Position numbers and translations under genes: made by a program. From Perna viridis (taxonomy: Eukaryota): a DNA stretch of 64,000 nt. Positions 23,762-36,817 of the stretch are shown here, one piece after another (the stretch's first letter is position 1; each line of letters begins with the position of its first letter). The DNA lies in NCBI GenBank assembly GCA_037379345.1, contig CM074515.1, positions 42,475,743 through 42,539,742 on the forward strand, written 5' to 3'. The notes under the pieces are model-generated. The model ran no database searches, was not told the origin of the DNA, and was given only the letters and a program-made list of their open reading frames with translations.

Positions 23762-25618
23762 GTTAAACAATGAGGAAAAGAACAAATTCACAAGCTACAG
23801 AAAACCTTTTAAAAAATCATAACTTGTGTGGCGTACTAGGTCCTAATAGACTTGGGACGACTTTCTGTGGACAAAATAATTGACATGAAAATGACAAATT
23901 TTCCCATAACAAGGTGGGTGATCCCCAACTGCATGTGTTTAATTTAGCAATCTTCGAAAGACATGTATACATGGACGTTTTTAATCTTAACCACCTTGGC
24001 TCTTCCAATAAACTAATTCATGTAATGGATGTAATGCCCATTATTGTTGATTTTAGAAAGCAATATTTAGAGTGAGAGTATTAACAAGATCCATATTTGT
24101 CCACGGCGAACAAGTCTATAATCTCTTTTATATGTCACGATTACTGCAGATTCGTTGTAAAATGTCTAAGTTTTATTGTGTGTTCTGTTTATTTGTATAA
24201 TTTGTAAAGGGTACATTTTTCAAAATACATTTATTTACTAATTAAACACTATGCAATATAAATGAGCATGAACAACATAAACATATCAAAATTATTGTGG
24301 TATACGACCTACAAATATATCTGTGAAAAACGTGTTTATGATTCCTTTGGGGGTAAATCAAGCAATTCCTAAACTCAAAACTTATTCCAGTATGTGGAAG
24401 TCAATCCACAGACACTTCTGTTCGATTACCTGTGTGTTTTCACCTGGCTTTAGGCAGTTTTAAACTCGATTCGTGCAAGTTGTGGTTGCATTTATTGTTC
24501 ATTAATAAACATGAAGTATTACACAGAAATTGTCCCACTCTTCTTTTGTCAAAATATGTATCAAAAATAAAAAGAGGCATATACATATAGGTGTAAAAAT
24601 TTACGCTGAGTACAAGTACTTTTGTATTTTATCGCACCTGAAAAAAGGCGCTCTCAATACTGAACATGAACTTTAAGCACGAATATCTCCTTTTAAATGG
24701 AGCATATCTTGTAGATAAATGTTAAGCCTTGCAATTTATCACACATGATTATTTCAATGAAACCACAAATTGCATTATGTGAAAAGTGCACTTAGATTAT
24801 GACCTTGTGGTTCGAACGGTGCACTCGACTTAATACTATCACGATAGCGTCTGTTTACCTTTTGATTGAAATGATAACCACTTGTAAGCTTTTAGTGCCT
24901 GGCGTTATCATGAAACATACGTCTGAACGTATGGAACAAGATATTGAATCCTTTATATAAATTGTCAGGTGCCTCTTCTTCGCTTTTAATAGGTCGAGGT
25001 CGCATTACAAAATTGAACCGTAGTTTCCGAAGAATATACTGTTATTGTTGCAAAAGCCCGTTGATAGCTATATGAAATATTACAGTTTATTATGTGCCCT
25101 AGACATTGTTCCAATTTAAGGACAAGATAAAATACAAAAAATACCAATCATGTACATATATTTTGCAGATTTCGATATGCTATTCATGTGTTTCAAGGAG
25201 TAACCTCTCATCAAGCAGCATCATTAGAATCAAATATATAGGAAGATTTTGAATTAAAGAAAAAATCGGTTGTATGCAAGAAGTACTCACATCCAAATCT
25301 ATCGAAATAGGGAGCCAAAATCCATTCCTGAGAGAGTAATACAAAGAAAAATAGTCTCAGTTTTAAAATTCGTAATACTGCAATTTTTGATAAAAATGAT
25401 AAACAAAATCTGATATATTTCGGGATTGGATACGATGGACTACTGGGTTGGTGAACACCCTCGGGAACTTTTGGTCCACCTGCAGTGTCATCGACCCATA
25501 AAGTGGTTATAAAATACCTAACGGTGTCTGTTTACAATAATTTAAAAGGAAAAATGAAAGATTTGATTACGTTTCGGAAATCAGATATTTATGTCTCTAG
25601 AATTGTACTTAATCTAAA

Positions 25619-25780
25619 CAGTGGCGGATCCAGCCCCCTCTCTTAGAAAAAAGAATTTTTGAAAAATTGTATGTGTTAAATCATGAAAAACACACACTTC
25701 GTGATCCTCATCGGTGATCCTGTAAAGACATTTTTTTTACCCCCCCCCCCCCCTTACCTAGAACTCTGGATCCACCTCTG
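25619..25780. mobile_element. MITE with CAGTGGCGGATCCAG-type TIRs
   Basis: TIRs CAGTGGCGGATCCAG / CTGGATCCACCTCTG with CTAAA on both flanks (5-bp TSD, as in hAT5-type elements). Confidence 0.7.
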
Positions 25781-26429
25781 CTAAAAATAACACTTCTAAA
25801 TTTGTATATACAAAATCAAATACAGACTTCCAATCTTTAAAGTTCGCTCTTTTCTCTCTTTTTCCAAATATAGAAATAAGTACCAATACTTATCGAACGA
25901 CAGTTTAAAACTAATCTTAGCAGAAGATACCAAGAATGGCTGAAAACAGACGACCAACGAAACCAGCAATCCGATAAATATATCCGAAGATGTAATGAAC
26001 TATCACTCAAAATTACCATCCTATATAAACCATATATTAATCTAAATAATATTTTTAGCTCGAGACTCTCACAAGATAATTATTCTTAATAAAGTCGACT
26101 CCCACAATGTTACAAATCCTATTTTATTCTATCTAAATTGAGTTGGTTTTCGCGCTTTAAACCAGAAAAGCCGTAACACGCATCAATTTTAACATTTTGA
26201 GGTAATTATGAACGTCACAATGCTGCTATTAACAGAACGACCCAATTGATGTGCTCAAGGCAATTTTATGTGTTTGTTGCCGACAGATTTTAATTATAGA
26301 AATGAGATTTCACCATTTTATCAAATTACAGAAATACTATTAAAATTTCTGTAGTACGTAGTTAATGAAATATAATTGTTGGCTGATGTAAAAAACTAAG
26401 TATACAACAACGAAAGTACACGTAATGCT

Positions 26430-26685
26430 TTGAAACCTGTGTTAACCGAACCCCCTGTAGAATATCGTCGCTTTAAACAATGTTCTGTTTATTCTGGTTC
26501 AAAAGGCTTTCAAGAACAAAATATGAGGAAACTAATGTTCGGTTTAGACAGATTTTCTGTTTACTTGGGTTCGATTTAGACAACTTTTTTGTTTATTTGG
26601 TGTTCGGTTTAGACAGGTTTTCTGTTTCCTTGGAATTGGTTAAGATCGGTTTCTGTATGATATTATCTGGTTTTGACACTTACGG
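26430..26685. mobile_element. Tc1/pogo-like MITE (AAACCTGTCTAAACCG family) with ~32-bp internal repeats
   Basis: TGAAACCTGTGTTAACCGAAC start; GTTCGGTTTAGACAG recurs at ~32-bp spacing. Confidence 0.6.
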
Positions 26686-29600
26686 TGAAAATGTACAGCA
26701 TTAAATGGGATGTTGCTTTGGAACTCCCTAAAACGCAGTGCATGTATGCAGTACCGTAAATAATCAAGGTTTTGGGTATGACGGTTTGACAGTTTAATTC
26801 TGGAGCTGAAGGCTAGAGTAATTTGTTCTCACCTTTGTTTAGTACACAGACAAAATTATTTCTTATGATTTTCATACAAATTTCACGTGGTTTTAACCTG
26901 AATTGAGCAAATAAAATTTGTGTTCACGTGAAATTAATGTGATTTTTTTTCACACAACGTTCATGTCAAAGTAAATTTCACATGAAATTCACGTTCATTT
27001 TGTGTGAAGCTCGTTTAAGGAGATTTTCACGTGAACAATATGTTCATGTTTACACCTTTACATCATTTAGTATGGAATTATTATTATTATTTTTTTTTGA
27101 AAGATGAACATTTGTATTATGTATTATCAAGTTTTGAAATATACCATTTGAGGAAAATCGTAAAGCATTCAAAAGTTTCATGTTTTCTTTTTATTCGCCA
27201 TTATTTTGTTAGAAGTGTTTGTTAGTAAACCACTGTCTATCTACACGTCAATAACTATAAATGCTATTCAAGTTGACGAGTGATTGTTTGGTAGGATATT
27301 TAGAAATTGTATTTCTGTTTATTTATTTTTTATTGCTTTTTGCTTCCATGATTTGACATCGAAGACCGGGGAGGGGAAACTAGCGTATTGTGCAGGTAGA
27401 TGCAGCTGTTCTCTTTCTATCTTGAATTTAATAATTATTTCGTTATAGAGAAATACAAATAAGATGGTAAAACAGTTATTTTAGAATTTTACTCAGGATT
27501 TAAATTTCATATGTCTTTCGGATGTGCACATGAGTCTGAATACTTATATTCAAACGTGTTACACGTGACTGTCTGCTGTCCAGTGGTACTTCCAGTAGGT
27601 ACACATGTACATATCTGATTTACAATGAAAAGAGAGATTGATCTTTATCTCCGCTATATCTTTAATCATATTCATTCTCACAGATTTTACTAGAACCGCG
27701 ATAAGTAAACATCAAAGTACAGAATAACACATCAAATGACTTTTTTTTAAAGAAGAACACAAAATCATCGAGCAATAAAGCTTTGAATTTGCAATAACTT
27801 TTCGACAACAATACCATGGCTATTAAATTTGTCATTTATATTGTCTTAATCTGGTATCATATATCTGGTATTTTTGGTGGAACGAAATTGTTGCTTTTCT
27901 TATGTAAAAGATGTGTTTCTTTTTGTTAAATTCAAATTTGCGTTCTATAGCAGTACTTTGAAAGAAAGTTGTCGTTAATTTTTAAAGACTTTTTGTAAGC
28001 GTGATTTGAAATTAATTTTACGACTTCACTTTTTGCGGTTCCAAGATAATGGCGAAATGTTGCGAAATTAGATAGCAGCAAAAATTTCTGGTTATATACG
28101 GTAATTAAATCAAAATTACCAAATGCATATACATGACTGTATATAATATTCTACAGAGTAACCAAGTTTCGTAAAAAGGTCTTGTGCACTAATATTGCAG
28201 ACTGCAAGAGTCAGCTGCTCACAAAACGTACATTATATAGTCTGATTTGTCAGACGCTAAAAACAGAAGTGCTGAATCCAGATTGAGACTTAAGTGCGGA
28301 ATGTGCTCTTTGAAAAATCTGACACTTGTTCGAATGTTTACATTATGAAGTTATCTGTATTAATCGGTTCCCTATTTCGTACGAATAGACCTTCATCTCT
28401 TGCACTATATCAAATGTTTTGGTTTGACACAGAATGTGAAAGTACTCGTTAAACCAAACAAGTTCTGGAGAGAGACTAAGTGTGGAATTCGCTCTTTCGC
28501 GACCTTTCTGGTGAATTTTTCTGCTTTTCTCGTTTTGTAGTAATCTCCATTGGTACCACCCAAGTAGTACTTGAAATCGTAGTGATCTAAATTCCTAAGA
28601 CAGACCATATACACCCGGTAGATTGTATTATGTTAAGTCTCTGCACCTCTTAACCCATGGCTATTCCCCAAGTCCTTTCATCTCTTGTCGGTCAGATCTA
28701 TTTGCAGCACATCGCCCGTGATCCTTGTCAATTGCATTCGTTTGAAAACAACAACGTTTATTTTCTTTCGGTTCATTATTTTGATCCTGAAAGAAATCTA
28801 GTTAACCTCTGAGAAAACTTAAGTAAATATGATTATCTTTAAGGAGGAGCAGGTATATGTCTCTGATAGAGATATTTTACAGCGACTAAAAGGTGCAAGT
28901 TCCTAATTATGTTGGTAACGACCTTACAGTTGCTTACAAGAAATCAGCGAAAAGTAATGCTTTATTTGACTTCAGAAGATTTAAGATTAAGTTATCTTTA
29001 AGATAACAAGTAATTAATTTATAGGATCCTGAGAAATGAATTACTGTCTTTTCGATGTGATTTTACTTTTTATGATACACTTAGTGCGTGCAATGTTATT
29101 AGTGAATTCATTTGAATGACACCTAAGAAAAAAAATTGATGCAATGGTACCCAAGCACCCCTGTATTTTGCACCGATTGGACATGAATTAATGTTATGTG
29201 AAGATCATAAATAGTTCGGGCGAAGGTGGGAAAAAGATAAGAACTTTCGAACTTAATAGATATTAGATTTTTTTCATGTAATTTAGAACTTCAATTTACT
29301 ACAGTTTAGATTCCTAAAGTCGTAAAAGTCATTTGTTACAAATGATGTGTACAGGTTTTTTTCAGCAATTTAATCTCATGCAATAAAACATATATATGAT
29401 CTTTTTTTTTTCTCGTTATGATAATTTACAGAAACAAATGTCTTTTTTGCTTTTTATTCAAACGAGGTTCTTCAGTACTTTTTGTATGGTTTCCAATCCA
29501 ACGGCTGCTTCATGTTCAAGATAAAAAGTCATGCATGTTTTATTTTATTTTATTGTGTATATTGTGTGTGAACAAACAACAATAATACAAAATATAACGA

Positions 29601-29814
29601 GATTAGCACCGAGATGAAAAAAATTCAGCTAAGCATCATATCATGCTTTTGTAAATCTGTCTAAATTAGTTAGTAAACAATGTATCTAAAATTCGTCGAT
29701 TTGCATGCTCGTTAGTCTTTTGTAAACTACGTGAAAGATGAATTTAACAGGAAAATAATAAGTGACATGTTTGTATGAGAAATGGTTTTTAGAAGTAGAT
29801 TTTATAAAAATCAG

Positions 29815-30190
29815 GCAAAGGTGATTGATGCTTGTAAAAAAACACCGATTTTTAGTTTTATTTCTTATTAAAAAACAGTTTCTGGTCACATGAAAAGTCT
29901 TAATATTTTTTTTTCATTTTGATTGTTGCGCTTTTGAGGTAAAAATTATATAGATACGAAATTGGCACTTTGCAAGAATACCGATCGTTCCTGGTTATAT
30001 TTGATTTTTTTCATTTAAGTGTGAGATAAATGTATGATTTTCTCAAAAATATAGATCTGGATACTGGAAGGGTTGTGTTTTGAAGAAAAATAGCAAATTT
30101 AGACCGGAAAATGTCGTTTGTTTTCTATGTTTTTCTACACTATGAATCACTTTACCATTGGCGTTGTCTGAATTTTATTTGGACTTTTAC
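29815..30190 (+). mobile_element. GGTGATTCATG-family MITE copy
   Basis: Homologous to 18871-19174. Confidence 0.7.
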
Positions 30191-30799
30191 ATAACACATT
30201 ATAGATTAAATCTCTTACTTTTCAGTATAAATATTCGAATAGCCAAAATATTGACGAGTTTTGTTCGTCTGATAATTTTTCTTTTCCAAAAATTAAAAGA
30301 TTCGTATCTATTAAAAATTCTAATGTAATTCCATGGTAGATGACAGCGTATTTTGGCGAGCATTCGAAAATTAGTCTGTGGCGTTTGAATGTATGTTTAA
30401 ATAAAAATGCCTTTTTGTCAAATCAATTTACAAAGTTTTGCAAGACTGGGGAAAGGAGAAAATTTCTAAATGCCTATTACAAAGTCTGCCATGGAATCAT
30501 TGCGTTTATTATTTAATTGTTACTTTGTCAAGATTTTAGTCAACCCAATAACGCATTTTTAATTTGACGTGTTGGAATCGCGGGAAGTATCAATTTCTTG
30601 TTAAAAAAATTCTCAAAAAAGAAATGTATCACTTGTTCAAAAGTATAACATATATATTTTGCAAAATACGAAATAGACTATATGTGTTATTATACTTTTC
30701 TTTCAACACAAAACAAATTAACTTTTAAGTTTAACAAAATTTTAAAAAATGACTTGATAATCCAGGAACCAAAGCTCTACGCAGCGGCTGACGTACGTT

Positions 30800-30990
30800 A
30801 TGTCTCTTACTAACCGCCGCAGACAGGCCTTTCGAAATTCTCGACACTACAAATAAAACGTCGAATGACAATCAGATAGCATCGCTTAAAATCATTATTT
30901 TTTCCCGAATTTGCAAGATTCTTGCATTTTCTGAGAGGGCTGGCTGCACCGTCTAGAGTGAATTTCGAACGTCAGACGCTGTTTCATAGC
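30800..30990 (+). mobile_element. Dispersed repeat, 2 of 3 copies
   Basis: Homologous to 14530-14680 (-) and 44690-44885. Confidence 0.75.
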
Positions 30991-31509
30991 TTGCCAGAAA
31001 CCGTATACATGTACTACATGTAACTGAGTATTGAACATATACATGTACATGGTTGCACAGAATTCAATGTTTCCGTGTTTGATAAAAAATGCATGTACCA
31101 ATAACTTGATTTTTACTATCATTTATGATTCATATAATCCACGAAACATACTAAAATAATCGGGGTCAGTTCCCTGGAACACCCCTCCGGTTCGCCAATG
31201 ATACTTCATATTTATAACTAATACAAAGTCAGTTCAGTATACAGAAAGTGTGCTCGTATGACTTGTTCAATGGAGTGAAAAATTGCCAGTTTGACACCTT
31301 TTAAAATTCAACAAATTAAACCTTGTACCCTATAATAAAGATCCTTAACTCTTTGTATTAAGGTAGTTATGTTCTTGCTGACCCCTAAGTGTAAACAGCC
31401 GGAACAATGGTGGGCTGTTCAGGTGTCAATGAACATTTTCATTTTGTTTAATAGCTGAATAATTATGCTTTAATTCCAATTATGCACAAATTGCTATCAA
31501 AGCCAATAG

Positions 31510-31575
31510 TATTGTTAGGAGAAAATGACCGTATTGTTGGGAGAAAATGACCGTTTTGTTAGGAGAAAATGACCA
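31510..31575. repeat. ~21-22-bp tandem repeat, 3 copies (TTGTTAGGAGAAAATGACCG)
   Basis: Seen directly. Confidence 0.9.
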
Positions 31576-31789
31576 GAACGTCTGTAATACTACTTTGTCT
31601 TTTGCATTGAAGTACATGACCTCGCGGCTTCTTCGAATACTAGAAAACGATGACGATTACCATGTTTGTTTTGCAGTCGTGTAAAACAGCGAATTTACAT
31701 ATGTATTATTTCATCTACTGTTATAAATCAAATGTACTTGTAAAAATCAATTACTGACTCGACAAAGAAGTTGCTTTCTTCAGCTGTTC

Positions 31790-32020
31790 ATTTATCAGCC
31801 ATCCTTGTCATCAAGTATGTACTTGTACATTGTATCAACCATCCTAATTATTAATTACGACCATGTATTAACCATTGTAATTATTGTGACTTGTATCAAC
31901 CATTGAAATAATTAAGTTACTGCTTGTATCGACATCAAGATCGTAATCGTTAAGAATGTACTTTTATCAACCATCGTTATTATTAGATATGTACATGTAT
32001 CAACCATCGTAATTATCATT
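31790..32020. repeat. Diverged ~30-bp minisatellite (TGTATCAACCATCGTAATTATTA)
   Basis: About 7 recurring cores. Confidence 0.7.
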
Positions 32021-33935
32021 GGTAAGTACAGTCGTGTACCTCTACCCTTTAACTGCCAGAGTTTTCTCTAAGAGAGCGCTATTTGTATAATTGCAATACA
32101 AATGTCTACGTTACGCTTTTAAGCATTTCGACGAGGAATGGAAATCACGCTTAGTGTCCTCGTACTTTAATATATTGTATGTTTATTATATACATGTGCA
32201 TACACGGTACATTGCATGTACATAATTATATACATAGGTACATGTATGCTTTAATAACACAATAGACACTCACTATATTTTCTAAGCGTTCATAAATATA
32301 ATTATATTTCAAATTTAAACTGTTTTGTGGTGTCTAAAACATAAAAAGGGACAGGCTCTGCTTTAAATATGCGTGAACACATTTTGGTTTCCCATGCAAG
32401 GAAACTATATCCTGTGCTGACCCATAACCGCTTCCTAATTACTGTAATTCGTACCACTGCGCTGACAAAAATAAATCACATGGCATAAGCACTTCTCAAT
32501 ACTGTTTCAAATCTACATGTACTATACATGTACTAGAATAAGTTTGCATAAAGAGACGACTAGGGATAAAGTCCTAAGCTAAATAGCGGACATGGTGTTT
32601 TTTAGGCAGGTGATTGACATGCAAATCGGTAAATCTCTGACGGCTAGAAAATCATTATGATAAGAACATTTTGTACAATAATGAAACCATTAGACTTGCC
32701 GTAACCAAATTCCGAAATAATGCATAAACCTATCACCAGATATCCTCGTTAGCTCTTTATTTCAGATTAAATGCATACATTGTACTTTACCTGCATAAAC
32801 CGGACATCTACAGAATGTAGCTATTATACTGAACCAAGTCTAGACCCCTAAAGAAGTTCGACCTGGTTAATATCACTGTATAAGTTTTATGTTATCAATT
32901 TGCTTCTGAATTTTGACTTCCGTTTTCGTTTTTGATAAATACATATATGTAAAACTTAATTCCCTCCCAAACCCTCCCCCATTCAAAAGTGATCAAATCA
33001 GAACGCCCGGAATCAAAATGGCTTTAACGTTACGTTTTGTTCGCTATCGTTAAGAATTCTCCTTTATTAAATTTGTTAAAAGAAAACAAAACAAAAACAA
33101 AAACAAAAAACAAAAAACAAAAAAACAAAAACAATCTAACAAGAATAGGAATGGGTATATGTAAAAGAGAGAACAACCCCATCGGGATGCAAAAGTCAGT
33201 AAAAGGCCATCCAATAGTCAAAACATACAAAAACACGTGAGAATATACGTTTTCGTCTCAAACTGCAGTTTAAAGGCCTACATACATGATACGTAGGTCT
33301 TAGGTCTATATTTGTAACATCCCGGATTTCATTCAGCATTAATAAATTTAAAGGTGAAAGTCTGCATGAATCGACGATCGTTCTTTGAAAACTGCAAACA
33401 AAATGTCCTAAAATGTTGGGTTTCTTTCTCTTTATATATATCTTTCAATAGTTCTTAAAAATACCCGCTGACCTCCCTGAAATTTGTATACTACAAGGAG
33501 GTCAGCGGTCTCCGTAATTTCATTTATAATGAAAAATGTTTTCAACACGTTTTGGGATCAGTAATAATGCATCTAAGTTTAATCGCACGATTTAATTTAT
33601 TCGTACCCGTTCGCCTTTCTCGACACCTGGTTAGTTGATGCCAAGTAATTTAAGAATAATAAAAGATTAAAAGGTCAGGTACAAATCGCAGAGGTTAGCC
33701 ACTAAAACTATTTTTGCATCCTTTCTTTTTAATTTTCATTCTCACGTACAAGTAGTTTTGCAATCTTCTGCATTACACTTGTACTTTTATGAATTTGCCA
33801 GACTGAGTCTATTACGAATTTTTTTTTTAACACAGTAACTTAACTATTTACAGCAATTATTGAATGGATAATCGTTTATATATGTCACATCTTCTTGAAT
33901 TCGATATTTTTTAATATATTCGACCTAAAAATTAG

Positions 33936-35424
33936 ATATGGACGACGTTAACCCCCGTGCTCTTAAGTGCACTGGTAATTGATTTGTCAAAAATGCACTG
34001 AAACATCGAAAAAATGGAAAAATCGGTAGCCGCCGGTTCATATAATGTCCAGAAAGAACCAATTGACCTTATCTCGAGGGGATGATACGGCGAATTATCA
34101 TTTTTGACATGTTGTCATTACTAATTTGTCTTAGAGTCAGGCAGGTATTCGTTAACCTCCATACAGCTGTTTATGAGTATATTTATGTATTTATTTTTTT
34201 TTAAAGAAAGTGTCCATCAGATACATGTAACTATCGAAGATGGTGTTTTATCGGGTACATGTACTTACCGGTTAATCTACAAAAATGAACAAAAATGCAG
34301 AAGAAAATACAACTGTCTACAGTTATGTATTAAACTTTTAAATGTGTATGTACATAATTCAATTTACCACGAACAAAATGGAATAAAAATTGCTCAAAAT
34401 AAAACTTAAGTTAACTTTCCCCCAGTTTTTGTAGAAAAAAACAACGACTTCGATACTGCTGAATATTTTCAGTGTTTGTGATCCTCAAGTGCTTTCATTC
34501 TTAAGTTACAAACAAAACTTTTGCTTGTCCTGGTATTTAGACAGACCAGTATTCTTTGTACATTCTTTACTAATTGAACCCGGTACTCACAACCACTTAA
34601 TACATGCCTATTGATAGATATTATAGGTTTTTTGACATAATTGTTATAAATTTGCATTTCTAAAGAATTTTCCACAACATTGATTGTGAATTATACAAAC
34701 ATTGCATAAATGCATTTGAACGGCCGTTATTGAACCACTTTATCGATAAGAAAGCGTTTAATTTATTATCCGACAGTGTGAGTGTTTTTATTTTTGTTTG
34801 TTTTATAAAGATTCACAACAAGCGGAATAAATTGCATTAAGACCAACAAAAATTTAAAAAATGATACAATGTCCGAAGTTTTTCATTCTACATGAAAATT
34901 TATTGAAATTAACTCAGAAAGTATTTCACGCTACGAGTTATATTAGAGCCTGACCGAACAATTCATACTATCAGCTACTTGTAACGTTGCACACTAGTTC
35001 TTCGTGACGTTTCGTGCAAAAAATTAAGCATGCTTGTGTATATCGTGTTATAAAATAATTTTTTTGATATCGGCAAAAATAAAATAAAATAAAAAATACC
35101 GAGGCGTAAATAGATAAGACATCACACAAAAAGTAAAGTACTAGTAACATGAACTCCCACAAAATGAAAATTAAGGCAGAGTGTATAGAAACCAAGCAGT
35201 TCCTATATGTCCTAATTCTGGACATTATATGAACCGGCGGCTACCGATTTTTCCATTTTTTCGATGTTTCAGTGCATTTTTGACAAATCAATTACCAGTG
35301 CACTTAAGAGTACGGAGGTTAACGTCGTCCATATAGGAACTGCTTAGTTTCTATACACTCTGCCTTAATTTTCATTTTGTGGGAGTTCATGTTACTAGTA
35401 CTTTAGTTTTTGTGTGATGTCTTA
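33936..35424. repeat. Interlocked near-perfect inverted duplications A...B'A'B
   Basis: A 33936-34054 vs A' 35216-35334 (119 bp, 2 mismatches); B' 35115-35209 vs B 35330-35424 (95 bp, 2 mismatches). Confidence 0.95.
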
Positions 35425-35587
35425 AAAAATGGGTAGCACATGGTGAATGTTATGCAGCTGAATTAGGTTCTTGAACATTTTACCTAACAATAGCGATGTG
35501 TGTGAAATAAAGATTCAAAACACGTGTAAAATAAGGCTTTACCGAAAATACAGATCATTCATTTGGATTGTGTAATGACATACTTTG

Positions 35588-35685
35588 ACTCACTCCACTG
35601 TGTCACATGGGACTATAGGGCGACTACAGTATCCTCCATCTGTCCATGTCCATTGTTGAGCAGTCTTTTGCTCCCCCCTCCATGT
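35588..35685 (-). mobile_element. Possible decayed RTE-clade LINE 3' end
   Basis: Minus-strand translation with one frameshift gives DRWR-DTVVAL, resembling RTE C-termini (DRxxWRxxVxAL), followed by a GAGTGAGT tail. Confidence 0.4.
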
Positions 35686-36587
35686 AAATATTATAAACAA
35701 AACGACAGAAAATATAGACTTTTAAGGGGTGAAACGGTATAATATGCTTTATGCCATTCATTTTCGGCATCGTTTATAAAGAACACTTTTAAAAGAATAT
35801 GGTCATCAGTAGCCCTTGTGTACTTTGAATATTGAAATTGACAAGCATGTCACATAGTCGGTGGACTGCCGGCACATGCAAAGGTCAATTTCTGGTGTCC
35901 ATTTCAATTAGTGAGAGACTACATGAAAAACAAATGATAACTATTTCAGATAGTTTGGGATTGGAATCATAAACAATGTTTTTCTCCAGACTGTGATTGT
36001 GTAAAATCGCACCATTGACTTACACACCTGACATAAAAGTTTCGGACTTTAATTTGTTTGTGAGTAATTGGTCCAATTTCACATATCAGTGAAAACGGTG
36101 TTTAATCCTATAGTAACATTTTAGAATATTTTTTAAAATTATTTTTCAGAACATTTTGAAGAATCACATGACCACATATTTCATTATAAAGTCATGTAGA
36201 GAACTTTACATGGTAGTATTTATACCAACCACTTCGCTTGGTGGATATCATTATTTGACAATGACCTTGGGTAATACGAAAAATTGAATACAAATTATAA
36301 CATGTTTCATGGGAGATTAGTTTGTTCATATAACGTTGTTCTAAAATGTTAATAATTAGAAAATAAATTACGTAAATAAGCATTGTTTCAAAATAGTGTC
36401 GACAGTTATTACCGAAATTATAACAAGAATTATGAAAAAATATTTTCTATTGAAACACATACATCTATGTTAAGAAAATAATGTAGAATAAGTTGTTTTA
36501 TAATGTCATTGAACCAAATGACCGAAGAAATGACATACGTTCGTTGTCGACAAAGCTAAATAACTGGATTATTAGAAGAAGTCTTAT

Positions 36588-36817
36588 CAGGGGCGGATTT
36601 AGGCGAGGGCGTGGTGGGCGTGCGCCCCCTCTAAAATTTTCAAAGCATGGGTTGTAAGGGGTAGATTTAGGCGGCTTTAGGATGAAGCTTCAATTTCTCG
36701 CTAATTTTAACATAAAAGATATCTATATTGAACTTACTCTAGAAGACTATTTAAAAAATTTAACCTAAAAAAATTAACTGTGCGTCCCCTTTAAAATTAA
36801 ATCCTGGATCCGCCCCG
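36588..36817. mobile_element. MITE with CAGGGGCGGAT-type TIRs
   Basis: CAGGGGCGGATTTAGG...CCTGGATCCGCCCCG; flanks CTTAT and TTTAT. Confidence 0.7.
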
